This document shows, one piece after another, positions 48,532 through 57,442 of a stretch of DNA of 64,000 nt. The notes under the pieces are model-generated. The model did no database searches and was not told the origin of the DNA. It saw nothing but the letters and a program-made list of their open reading frames with translations. The translations under genes and the position numbers were made by a program. Source of the stretch: an uncultured Dehalococcoidia bacterium (GTDB lineage Bacteria > Chloroflexota > Dehalococcoidia > DSTF01 > JACRBR01); assembly GCA_964371355.1 (NCBI GenBank), contig CAYJMG010000017.1, forward strand, positions 10,277-74,276, in the 5' to 3' direction. Every line of letters begins with the position of its first letter. Position 1 is the stretch's first letter.

Positions 48532-50616
48532 CTATCGCACGCGGATCTGCCCGATGGTGATCAGGTTCGCGGCATCTGCCTGCGCCTGCGTGGGATCGCC
48601 CGTCGAGTCGAACACCGCCAGCCGGATGTCGTACAGGCCCGGCGCCAGGTCGCGCGGGACGAGCGAGAAGTACGACTCCCGGTAGATCGGGCCAGTCTCC
48701 CACTCCGACGTCTCCCGCAGCCCCTGGCCGATGTCGCGGGGCTGCGACCACACCGGGAACCCGCGCCGCTGCAACGCCGCCCCGGCCGAGTCGAACATCA
48801 GGGTGGTCGCGCTCAGGTCGACGTCCACGGCGCCGTCCGCGCGCCAGAAGTACTCCATCTGCACCACGTCGCCCCGCCCGACCTCCGCCACGCCGGTCTG
48901 GAAACCCACCAGCGTGACGCCATGCGCGAACGCGATCTCGCGCTCCGCCCCGGCGGGGGTGCTGGTGACGACCGGGTCCGCCGCCTCCAGCAGCAGCTTG
49001 TACAGGCTGCCCGTCATCACCAGGTCGTCGCGGTACGCCGGCTTCGGCAACGAATCCACGACCATGCGTTCGATCCCCTCCAACAGCACCGGCTGCAGCA
49101 CGAACTCCTCACGCAGTCCGCCGGCCGGCGTCCGCAGGCCCTCCGCGACGTACACGCCGCGCCCTTGCTCCAGATATGGCCGGGCGAACGCGCTCACATC
49201 CTCCCCCGGCACCGAGAAGATCGGCGAGACGAGTACGTCCAGCCGCTCTCGCTCGACGAGCTGTACGTACCACAGCGGCGAGGCCGTCCAGCTATCGGTG
49301 AGGATTACGGACTCCGGCGGCACCCGCTCCAGCGTCGTCCGCGCGAAGTCCAGCGCGTTGTAGTCCTCGCTGCGGTCAACGCGCTCGTAGTTGCGGAAGA
49401 ACAGGAACGCCGGAAGCAGCGCGATGATGGCCGCCATGCCGGCCAGGCTGACGTGCGGCCGGATGCCACCGCGCTCCTCCGCGAGGCGGCGCACGGTCTC
49501 CGCCAGCCAGGCTGCCGCAACACCGATGAACACGCAGAGCCCCAGGTATCCGGGCGTCAGGTAGTTGTAGATGTTGTGGATTCCGTAGGACTCCACCACC
49601 GCCGCGTCCAGCAGGACGAGCATCGCGAAGAACGCGGCCACGGCGCGCGCGCGCAGCGCCAGGATCACCGCGCCGGCACCGCTCAGCGCCAGTCCCGCCC
49701 ACGTCAGGTCGTACGACGGGTATGCCCACAACACGTCGATGCGGTCCGCGATATCGATGCTCCAGTACCCGCCCGGCGTCTGCCCGTTGACGAACATCGA
49801 CCAGTACGTCTGCCACTCGGCCGGCCGCGCCCAGGACAGCGCCGGCTCCATCTCGCCCCGTACCGGCAGGTAGACGTACACACTCAGCCCCAGCAGGAAC
49901 GCGCCGGCGGCCAGCAGACACGCCCGTGGTGTCAGGCTGCGCCAGCCCAGCGCCAGCAGCATCAGCGACGGCGGCGCCACCAGCACGATGAGCCGGTGAT
50001 TGCACAGGCCCAGTCCCAGCGCCAGCCCTGCCAGCACCAGCGCCCGTGCATCGCCTGCCTGCGCCCCCGGAGCATCGGCTCCGCTGGAGGTCGCATCCAC
50101 GGCTGGCAAGCGTCCCCGCCACCAGGTGAGCATGAGACGGGCGATCGCCGCCGTGAAGAACAGGTTCATGCCGTACGACGTCGCCCACGTCGCGTTCGCC
50201 CACACCGTCGACGCGAACGCCAGCGTCAGCGCGCCGGCCGTCGCGCCAATGTAATCGCGTGTCAGGTCGCGAATGATGCCGAACACGATCGCGACCGCCA
50301 GCGCTGTAAACACGGCCGACATCAGGTTGACGCGCCACGCTGTTTCGCCGAACGGAAGGAACGTGAACGCCTTCCCGACGATGATCAGCAGCGGATACCC
50401 GGTGTTGTGCGCGATCCCCAGCGTCGCCGATGTGGTGGCGAACTCGCCCATGTCGTACCACATCACGCTGGGCGCGAGCGTCGTGAGGTAGACGCTGAAC
50501 ACCAGCCCGCCTGTTAGCGCAGCGGCAAGCCACGCCGAAAGGGCCGCACCCACGCGCACGTGCGCCAGCGTCAGCTTCGCTGTGGACAGGCGGCCGCGGG
50601 GCGTATCAAGCTGCAT
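48532..50616 (-). CDS. DUF2723 / TMEM260-like GT-C-fold membrane glycosyltransferase (protein-O-mannosyltransferase-like) with a C-terminal soluble domain.
   Basis: Hallmark N-terminal block YLTTLAPSVMWYDMGEFATTSATLGIAHNTGYPLLIIVGKAFTFLPFGETAWRVNLMSAVF. About 11 TM helices. Overlaps the pilT stop by 11 nt and is co-oriented with it. Confidence 0.6.
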   Translation of the reverse strand: MQLDTPRGRLSTAKLTLAHVRVGAALSAWLAAALTGGLVFSVYLTTLAPSVMWYDMGEFATTSATLGIAHNTGYPLLIIVGKAFTFLPFGETAWRVNLMSAVFTALAVAIVFGIIRDLTRDYIGATAGALTLAFASTVWANATWATSYGMNLFFTAAIARLMLTWWRGRLPAVDATSSGADAPGAQAGDARALVLAGLALGLGLCNHRLIVLVAPPSLMLLALGWRSLTPRACLLAAGAFLLGLSVYVYLPVRGEMEPALSWARPAEWQTYWSMFVNGQTPGGYWSIDIADRIDVLWAYPSYDLTWAGLALSGAGAVILALRARAVAAFFAMLVLLDAAVVESYGIHNIYNYLTPGYLGLCVFIGVAAAWLAETVRRLAEERGGIRPHVSLAGMAAIIALLPAFLFFRNYERVDRSEDYNALDFARTTLERVPPESVILTDSWTASPLWYVQLVERERLDVLVSPIFSVPGEDVSAFARPYLEQGRGVYVAEGLRTPAGGLREEFVLQPVLLEGIERMVVDSLPKPAYRDDLVMTGSLYKLLLEAADPVVTSTPAGAEREIAFAHGVTLVGFQTGVAEVGRGDVVQMEYFWRADGAVDVDLSATTLMFDSAGAALQRRGFPVWSQPRDIGQGLRETSEWETGPIYRESYFSLVPRDLAPGLYDIRLAVFDSTGDPTQAQADAANLITIGQIRVR

Positions 50617-51700
50617 AGGCGGCGCTGCTCCCTAGCAGGCGCCCCAGTTCCTCGGGCGAGCGCGCACACGCGAACGCCGTGTCGCTCGAGATCGTGCGCC
50701 CTCGCACCAGTTCGGCGAGTGCCTGGTCCAGCGTGCGCATGCCGATCGCCGCGCCCGTCGCGATGATGTTCGGGATCTGGTGCGTCTTCTGCTCGCGGAT
50801 GAGGTTGCGGACCGCCGGGGTGCCAAGCATCACCTCGCACGCCGCCACGCGCCCGTCCTCCGCGACCGTCGGCACGAGGATCTGCGCGATGATGCCTTCG
50901 ACGACCATCGAGACCTGCAACCGTATCTGCTGCTGCTGGTGGGCGGGGAACGCATCCACAATGCGGTCGATCGTCTGCGGCGCGTCAGGCGTGTGCAGCG
51001 TCGCGAAGACCAGGTGCCCCGTTTCCGCAGCGGTTATCGCCGCAGCCATCGTATCAAGGTCACGCATCTCGCCCACGAGGATCACATCCGGATCCTGCCG
51101 CAGCGCCCGCCGCAGCGCCTCGGAGAACGAGCGTGTGTCGACGCCGACCTCCCGCTGCTCGATGATGCTCTTGCGGTTGTGGTGTACGAACTCGATCGGG
51201 TCCTCGATCGTAATCACGTGGCGGGCGTCGCGCTCGTTGATGCGCTCGATCATCGCTGCCAGCGTCGTCGACTTCCCGCTGCCCGTAGGCCCGGTAACGA
51301 GCACGAGGCCGCGCGGCAGGCGCGTCAGCCGGTCGCACACGGGCGGCAGCCCCAGATCCTCGATCGACATCACCGCATCGTTCACCAGCCGGAACGAGAA
51401 GTACGGGTATCCCCGCTCGAACGCGGCGTTCACGCGGAAGCGCCCGATGCCCGTCAGCTCGAACGCGTTGTCCAGCTCGCGCTCGTTCACGAACCGCTCG
51501 CGTTCGGCTTCGCCGGCGATAGCGGCCAGCACCGCCTGCAGTGCACCCGCGTCGAGCCGCGGCGCGCCGTCCACCGCGACGAGCGTCCCGTGCAGGCGCA
51601 GGATCGGCGGCGAGTTGTACGAAAGGTGCAGGTCGGACGCCTCGGAGTCGACCATCTGCCGCAGGAGATCCGCCAGCACGGGGGCCGTTCCCTCGCTCAT
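50606..51700 (-). CDS. pilT: Type IV pilus retraction ATPase PilT.
   Basis: GAGGTGA RBS before the ATG at 51700. Walker A GPTGSGKSTT. Asp box. His box HLVFATLHT. About 364 aa. ATGA coupling to pilN. Confidence 0.8.
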   Translation of the reverse strand: MSEGTAPVLADLLRQMVDSEASDLHLSYNSPPILRLHGTLVAVDGAPRLDAGALQAVLAAIAGEAERERFVNERELDNAFELTGIGRFRVNAAFERGYPYFSFRLVNDAVMSIEDLGLPPVCDRLTRLPRGLVLVTGPTGSGKSTTLAAMIERINERDARHVITIEDPIEFVHHNRKSIIEQREVGVDTRSFSEALRRALRQDPDVILVGEMRDLDTMAAAITAAETGHLVFATLHTPDAPQTIDRIVDAFPAHQQQQIRLQVSMVVEGIIAQILVPTVAEDGRVAACEVMLGTPAVRNLIREQKTHQIPNIIATGAAIGMRTLDQALAELVRGRTISSDTAFACARSPEELGRLLGSSAAYAA

Positions 51701-52272
51701 CGTGTCACCTCGACCGTGAACTGTCCCCCCGCCTGCGTGCCTGGCGTGTATGCCGTCATCCGTGCCGCCTCGAATCCGCCCTGGGTCGCCAGCTTCTGGG
51801 CGTACGCGATCCCGTCGAGCGGACCGGTCGCCTGGCCGTCGACCTTGAATCCCGTCGGCGAGCCGGTGACGGCCGTGATGTGCGCGCCGGCAGGCAAGAA
51901 CCCGAAGCCGTACAGCCAGAACATGTCTTCGTACAGCGGGCGCGTCCCGCCCTGCATGAACGCACGCTCGCCCCGCAACGCCTCGAGCCGCGCGTTGCCG
52001 GTGTCGATCTCGATGCGCAGGGCCCGCTGCTGGGCCAGCTCGCTCTCCACGGCGGTCAGCTCGAACTCGGCGCCCTTCGCCAGTTCCAGCGCGTCGTCGG
52101 CGCGCGCCTGCGCCGCCTCCAGCCGGAACGCCAGCGGGATCATCGCGAGCAGCATGACCGCCAGCACTGCGGCCACCCCGAGCGCCATCCACGACACCTG
52201 CGCCGGACGGTACTCCGCCGGCAGCAGGTTGACGTCGACGATCGCAGCCGGGCCGGTGTTCTGCATGCTCAT
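51697..52272 (-). CDS. pilN: Type IV pilus assembly protein PilN.
   Basis: VNLLPAEYR signature, a single TM helix, coiled coil. Confidence 0.6.
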   Translation of the reverse strand: MSMQNTGPAAIVDVNLLPAEYRPAQVSWMALGVAAVLAVMLLAMIPLAFRLEAAQARADDALELAKGAEFELTAVESELAQQRALRIEIDTGNARLEALRGERAFMQGGTRPLYEDMFWLYGFGFLPAGAHITAVTGSPTGFKVDGQATGPLDGIAYAQKLATQGGFEAARMTAYTPGTQAGGQFTVEVTR

Positions 52273-53162
52273 GCGGCAATGTCCTTCAACGCCATGCCGA
52301 CATTGGCCGCGAATCCCACGGTGTCCTGCTCCGGCGACAGCACGAGCCGCAGCGGGGGCATCTCCACCTCACGGCCCGTCATCTCGCGGATCTCGGGCGC
52401 CAGCATCGCCCGGGGCGCCGCGTCGCCGACGAGCGTGATCGGCAGCTGGCCCGCCAACTCGTCGTCGCGGTGCGTGTCGCGATAGAACTTCAGCGTGCGC
52501 GTCAGCTCCTCCGCTAGCTGCCGCGCCCACTCCGTATCCTCTGCGCCCGCCACCAGGTCCACGTGACGGACGACGCTCGGCATGCCGTCGCGGAATATGG
52601 AGATCTCTGCTTCGTCGTCCTCCACGCAGGCGATGACGCTATCGCTTTGCCCAACTGCGCGCGCCGCGGCGATGATGCGCAGGTCCGCCGACTGCGGATG
52701 CAGGCCGGCCGCTCGCGCCGCCGCCACATGCGAATCGACGATATCGCGCGCCACACCGACGACGAATACGACGGCGTTCGTGTCGCGGTCGCGCAGGCGC
52801 GTCCAGCTCACGTACGCGTTCTCCCCCATCATCGGCATCTCGCGCCGGATCTCCCGCGAGACCAGCTCATCGAACCGCTTGCCCTTCACCCTCGGCAGCT
52901 CCAGCACCCGGAACACAGTCCGCTGTGCCGGGACCGCCAGGGCTACCTGCATGCGGCCCTTCCCGCCGAAGTCCCGCGCCTCGCGCAGGATGCGCCCGGT
53001 CGCGTCTGGCTCCACGACGACGCCGTCGGACAGCGAGCCCGCAGGCAACGGCACCCGCCCGGACGACGAGACCCGCCCCTTCCCGCCGATCGTCCAGCGG
53101 ACGCCCGATGGATGGAAGGCGATGGTGAGCACGGGCTGCCGCAGAATTGACCGCAGGTTCAT
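52269..53162 (-). CDS. pilM: Type IV pilus assembly protein PilM-like (actin-fold), atypical N-terminus.
   Basis: C-terminal half resembles PilM/FtsA-like proteins. ATGA-coupled on both sides. The N-terminal ATP-binding motif was not recognised. Confidence 0.5.
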   Translation of the reverse strand: MNLRSILRQPVLTIAFHPSGVRWTIGGKGRVSSSGRVPLPAGSLSDGVVVEPDATGRILREARDFGGKGRMQVALAVPAQRTVFRVLELPRVKGKRFDELVSREIRREMPMMGENAYVSWTRLRDRDTNAVVFVVGVARDIVDSHVAAARAAGLHPQSADLRIIAAARAVGQSDSVIACVEDDEAEISIFRDGMPSVVRHVDLVAGAEDTEWARQLAEELTRTLKFYRDTHRDDELAGQLPITLVGDAAPRAMLAPEIREMTGREVEMPPLRLVLSPEQDTVGFAANVGMALKDIAA

Positions 53163-53797
53163 CGCGCACTCCCCGGCGTCACCACCGCGACGGGCGTCGG
53201 CGGGATGACGAGCGTATACACGCTGAACACGATCTCGGCGTGGGCTGTGTTCGCTTCGTTGACCGACATCGAGGTGATCGTCGGAATGAGGCCGGGCTCC
53301 GCCTCTCCGAGCTGTGTCAGGAAGTCGACCAACTGGCTGACGCCGCCCTCCACGGTCATACGGATCCCTTCGACGTCGTACGTCGCTTCCGCGTTCTTGA
53401 CCTGCGACGATGGAGCGCTCGCCAGACCACGTACGTTCAGCGCCGACGCTGTCGCACGCTGGATGAGCAGCGATGTCGCCGCGTCCGATGACGGATCGAC
53501 GGAGGGCGGCAGGGCCAGAGCCTCGGCCGTGGCAAGGGCCGCCTTTGACCCGGCAAGTTCGTTCTCCAGCCCGGTCGTGTCGACGGGTGGCAGCGCCAGC
53601 AGCGCCTCGGCGTCGGCGTATCGCCGCAGCGCCGTCTCCTCATCGTTGTGGGCCTTCCACGTGCCGGCGAACAACGAGCCGATCGACAGGAGGACAGCCA
53701 CCACGCACACCGCCGTCAGCACGCGTGCGGGGACGTGCAGGCGCTCTCCCGACACGAACATGTCGCTGATTCGGCGAGGGTTCAGTTGAGCTGCCAC
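53159..53797 (-). CDS. Pilus assembly membrane protein (PilO-like: N-terminal TM plus coiled coil).
   Basis: Bitopic architecture and operon position. Weak sequence evidence. Confidence 0.4.
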   Translation of the reverse strand: MAAQLNPRRISDMFVSGERLHVPARVLTAVCVVAVLLSIGSLFAGTWKAHNDEETALRRYADAEALLALPPVDTTGLENELAGSKAALATAEALALPPSVDPSSDAATSLLIQRATASALNVRGLASAPSSQVKNAEATYDVEGIRMTVEGGVSQLVDFLTQLGEAEPGLIPTITSMSVNEANTAHAEIVFSVYTLVIPPTPVAVVTPGSAR

Positions 53798-54513
53798 GAT
53801 GCCACCCTCACCCCGCTATACCCGGCTACCAGCCGCGCGACTGTGCTGCGGCTGCCGGTGGTCGAGCGCACCTCGTAGGTCGCGGCCGGGACGGAGAGCT
53901 GCACCGTCCCCGTCGTCGCCGTATCGGTCGAAACCAGGAGCTGATACGTGCCCGCGCTCGCCAGCGTGAAGTCGGCCCCCACCTGCGGTGCGGTCCCCGC
54001 CGGGGTGAGGCCGCCCGGCTTCACGCACGGCGCTCCGTCGGCCAGCAGCGCCAACCACACCTGCCCCGCGTCGACCGTAATCCGCGCCGAGAGCGTGCCC
54101 GCCTCCGATGCCGACACCGTGTAGCACTTGTCTCCTCCGCCCGATTGCCAGGCCGGCGCTTGCGCCTCCACGGCGGCCTCGCCGGAGACGTACCGGATCT
54201 CCGTTTGCGGGAACGCCTCGCCGTTCACCGTCGCCGGGAACGGCTGCAGGGGCACCGCGGTAAAGGTAGTAACGGCGGTCAGGCGGGGATCCGATATCAG
54301 GCGCCACCCTGACCACTCGATGCCCGCATCCATGCTGTATCGCTCCATCGCCCTGCGCCCGACGAGGCTCGTCGCCTGGGAACCGCCGCTCGCCCCATCC
54401 AGCAGCGGCGCAATGAGGATCACGCCCAGCGCAAGCGCGCCGATGGCGATCGGCAGGGCCTGCCCTCGCTCTCCCCTAGGGGTTATCAGCCACGAAAATA
54501 CGCGTCGCATCAT
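53782..54513 (-). CDS. Hypothetical membrane-anchored or secreted protein in the pilus operon.
   Basis: Start MMRRVFSWLITPRGERGQALPIAIGALALGVILIAPLL (ATGA overlap with the upstream gene). Beta-rich Thr/Gly/Ala composition. Confidence 0.4.
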   Translation of the reverse strand: MMRRVFSWLITPRGERGQALPIAIGALALGVILIAPLLDGASGGSQATSLVGRRAMERYSMDAGIEWSGWRLISDPRLTAVTTFTAVPLQPFPATVNGEAFPQTEIRYVSGEAAVEAQAPAWQSGGGDKCYTVSASEAGTLSARITVDAGQVWLALLADGAPCVKPGGLTPAGTAPQVGADFTLASAGTYQLLVSTDTATTGTVQLSVPAATYEVRSTTGSRSTVARLVAGYSGVRVASWQLN

Positions 54514-57077
54514 GGCGTCAACGCCAGGTAGTAGTAGGTCGAGCCGTTGGTGTTCACCTGCGAGTGCGTCCCGACCTGGAACCCGTCCGCCAGCAGAGAC
54601 TGAATCTTGTTGGCGGCCGACCCGCCGGCGTCCCAGTACAGCGTCCGGTCGCCCGACACGGTGTCCGTGCGCCAGACGCCCTCGCTCGACGCCGAGCGCT
54701 TCGCCCACACGAAGTCCGGCGTAATCCCGACCCCCGTGATGTTCCGGTTGTCCGTACCGTTGCCGACGTAGGAGCCGACCTTCACCTGGGCCGTCGCGTC
54801 GAACGCGATCCAGTAGTAGGTCCGGCCGCTGCCGTTCACGTCGGCGTTCGTCCCCAGCTGGAAGCCGTCGGCCAGGATGGACTGGATCCGGTTGGCGAAC
54901 GAGTTGCCCCCGTTCATCAGGAACGACGCGTCGCCCGCTACCGGCCCCGGCCGGAAGACATCCTGCTCGTTGTCCGCCATCGTCATCACCCAGTCCGGCT
55001 GGAACCCGACGCCCGTGATGCTGCGATTGTCGACTGCGTTGCCGGCGTAGCTGCCGATCTGCACGTTCGTCCCCGCCTTCATCGCCACCCAGTGGTACAG
55101 GCGTCCGCTCGTGTTCACGTTCGCGTTCGACCCGATCTGGAAGCCATCGGCCAAGAACGCCTGGATGTAGTTCGTCTGTAACGACGTGTTGGACGTGATC
55201 CGCTTCGCGCGGTCGGAAGGCATGCTCGACGTGCTGATCACGGGCGCTGTGTTGTTGTCATAGCGGACAATCACGATGTCCGGCTGGAAACCGACACCCG
55301 TGATATCGCGATTATCCGTGCCGTCGCCCGTGTAGCTGCCGGTCGCGAACCAGACCTCCGCCGGCGACGTCGGCGTGGGCGTGTTCGTAAACGTCGGCGT
55401 CGGCGTCGATGTGATCGTAGGCGTCGCTGTCGATGTTGGTGATGCCGCGGCGGCGTCATAGCAAAGCTGGCTCTGCGGGATCACCTGCTTCGCCTGACTC
55501 GCGCTCGACCACGACAGCGCGGCCACCGCGAGACCGCCGTTCTCGTAGAAGTCCATCTGTACCGTGTAGGCGACACCGGCGGTCAGCGCGATCGTCCCGC
55601 TGTTCTCCGTGGTCGCGTGGTCGGTCCAGTTGTTGACGATCTGGGTGCCATCCACCCACAGCCGCACACCGTCGTCGGACTGGGTGTAGAAAGTGTACGT
55701 CTCCGAGTACAGCGGTACGACGTACCCAGTCCATCGGACCGAGAACGTGTCCGCACCGATCGCCGGGTCCGGCGAGCCGGCTGCCCAATCGAAGTTGACT
55801 GTCGCGTCGACCCGGGTCAGCGCCAGCGACGTGAAGTTCGTGTTGTTGTAGTAGTCGCCGCCCAGCCCCGCGCACGTCAGCGCCGGCGTCGGCGTCGATG
55901 TCGGCGTGAACGTGTTGGTCGCCGTGGGCGTATTCGACGGCGTCGGCGTGTTCGTTGGCGTCGGCGTGTTCGTCGGCGTCGATGTCGGCGGCGGCGCGTA
56001 GTACACGTTGATCGGGATCCAGTCCAGGTACAGCTCCTGGCCCGAGTTCCCCAGGTCCATCGTGACGCGCACCCGCAGGTTCGTGTCGTTCAGCTCCGCG
56101 CCGGTCCACGTCCGCCCCCAGGTGTCGGCGCTCGACCCCAGAATCACCGTCGTCTCACTCGTCGGCTCACTGCCGTCGCTCTTGGCGCTCGTCCACGACG
56201 TACCGCCGTCCCACGAGAGCTGCGCGCTGATGCTGTTGCTGCCGCCCGTGTTCTTCAGCCAGTAGTCCAGCCGCAGGGCGATGCCCGTGACGTCGCACCC
56301 GGCCGGCAGGTTCATCCCGTACGTGTAGTACCGGTGCCGGTCGCCGTCGCCGCCGTTATTCGTAGCGTTTCCACCGCCGTCCGCATACGCGTTCGCCGGC
56401 GTGAGTTCGAACCCGTCGCCGTTCCCGCCCGTGTCCGCCACGTTCGCACTCGGGCTCAAGTATCCGGTGCTGCTATTGGTACACGCCGCCGGCGTGAAGG
56501 TCGGGGTCAACGTCGGCGTGTCCGTCGGTGTCGGGGTGGCGGTGAACGTCGGCGTCGGCGTGAACGTCACCGTCGGGAAGGGCGTGGTTGGCAGGTCGTC
56601 GACGCGCATCGTCGTCGTCTCGGTCCGCGTCTGCGTGCCACTGTTGCCCTGCTGCACCGTCAGCGTGTACGTCACGTTGTTGCCCGACTGCGTTGCCGTG
56701 AAACCGCCCGACACGACGTTCCGCGCGACGACGTGTGTGTTCGGCACGCCGCCCACCGTGATCGTGCGCTGCAGCTCGTCGCCCACCTGCTGGAAGCGAC
56801 TGCTGTACGCCGTGCCCGTGCTGTAGTCGGTCCACTGCATCGTCACGTCGCCCGCGGCCACCGCCGCCAGAGACGCAACGCCCGACTGCGTGTCCTGGTT
56901 CAGCCAGAAGAACCCCGTCCGCAACTGGTGCGTCGCCGAAAGCTGGTCCTGGCCCTGCGTCGTCGTCTTCAGGATCGACACCAGCGTCATGCCCGCCGTC
57001 GAGAGGATCATGCTGACGATGGCGATGCCGATCACCAGCTCGACCAGACCGATGCCCAGCTCCCCCCGGCCCTTCAT
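54510..57077 (-). CDS. Giant (855 aa) type IV pilin-like adhesin. N-terminal pilin helix, then a PA14 domain, then three ~93-aa C-terminal repeats separated by Thr/Pro-rich linkers.
   Basis: N-terminus MKGRGELG|IGLVELVIGIAIVSMIL (class III signal-like, Glu at +5). PA14 core FSVRWTGYVVPLYSETYTFYTQSDDGVRLWVDGTQIVNNW...YENGG. Three repeats ITGVGFQPD...ADGFQIG...G..Y. Linkers TPTPTFTATPTPTDTPTLTPTFTP and others. Confidence 0.7.
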   Translation of the reverse strand: MKGRGELGIGLVELVIGIAIVSMILSTAGMTLVSILKTTTQGQDQLSATHQLRTGFFWLNQDTQSGVASLAAVAAGDVTMQWTDYSTGTAYSSRFQQVGDELQRTITVGGVPNTHVVARNVVSGGFTATQSGNNVTYTLTVQQGNSGTQTRTETTTMRVDDLPTTPFPTVTFTPTPTFTATPTPTDTPTLTPTFTPAACTNSSTGYLSPSANVADTGGNGDGFELTPANAYADGGGNATNNGGDGDRHRYYTYGMNLPAGCDVTGIALRLDYWLKNTGGSNSISAQLSWDGGTSWTSAKSDGSEPTSETTVILGSSADTWGRTWTGAELNDTNLRVRVTMDLGNSGQELYLDWIPINVYYAPPPTSTPTNTPTPTNTPTPSNTPTATNTFTPTSTPTPALTCAGLGGDYYNNTNFTSLALTRVDATVNFDWAAGSPDPAIGADTFSVRWTGYVVPLYSETYTFYTQSDDGVRLWVDGTQIVNNWTDHATTENSGTIALTAGVAYTVQMDFYENGGLAVAALSWSSASQAKQVIPQSQLCYDAAAASPTSTATPTITSTPTPTFTNTPTPTSPAEVWFATGSYTGDGTDNRDITGVGFQPDIVIVRYDNNTAPVISTSSMPSDRAKRITSNTSLQTNYIQAFLADGFQIGSNANVNTSGRLYHWVAMKAGTNVQIGSYAGNAVDNRSITGVGFQPDWVMTMADNEQDVFRPGPVAGDASFLMNGGNSFANRIQSILADGFQLGTNADVNGSGRTYYWIAFDATAQVKVGSYVGNGTDNRNITGVGITPDFVWAKRSASSEGVWRTDTVSGDRTLYWDAGGSAANKIQSLLADGFQVGTHSQVNTNGSTYYYLALTP
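55361..56591 (-). repeat. Three interspersed Thr/Pro-codon microsatellite-like tracts (ACG/CCG-rich) encoding the TP linkers of the giant pilin adhesin (about 56490-56591, 55883-55997, 55361-55442).
   Basis: On the + strand they appear as runs of gtcggcgtcgg / gttggcgtcgg units. In the protein they are the TPTPT... linkers. Confidence 0.6.
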
Positions 57078-57442
57078 CGGTCCACCTTGTACCCCTCGAG
57101 GGTGTACACGACGAGGCCGTCCTTCGTGACCTGCACCGTCACGAGCTGGATGTCGGCGTCCCCACCCGAGATCGTGCTCGCGTTCGCGCTCACGGTGTAA
57201 CCGCCGGGCGGGGTTACCGTCGGGTACGACGAGGGCGCCGCCTGGTACGCGGTTTCCTTCGTGTACTCCATCTGCGAACGCGCCAGCTCGTGCGCCGTCG
57301 AGAGCCGGTCGGAGTGGTTGGATGAGAGGACGCCCGTCGACATTCCAGCCAGGAACACGATCAGCGCGATCGCGAGGATCGCGACCGACACCAGCGCTTC
57401 AACGAGCGTGAATCCGTCTTCGGCCCGGAGGCGCGCGATCAT
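57074..57442 (-). CDS. Type IV minor pilin / pseudopilin.
   Basis: Prepilin signal MIARLRAEDG|FTLVEALVSVAILAIAL (G-F cleavage site, Glu+5). Confidence 0.75.
   Translation of the reverse strand: MIARLRAEDGFTLVEALVSVAILAIALIVFLAGMSTGVLSSNHSDRLSTAHELARSQMEYTKETAYQAAPSSYPTVTPPGGYTVSANASTISGGDADIQLVTVQVTKDGLVVYTLEGYKVDR

Noticed and set aside
51697-52272. Possible PilN-PilO fusion.
   Set aside because: The length (191 aa) fits PilN alone, and a separate PilO-like gene is present at 53159-53797.
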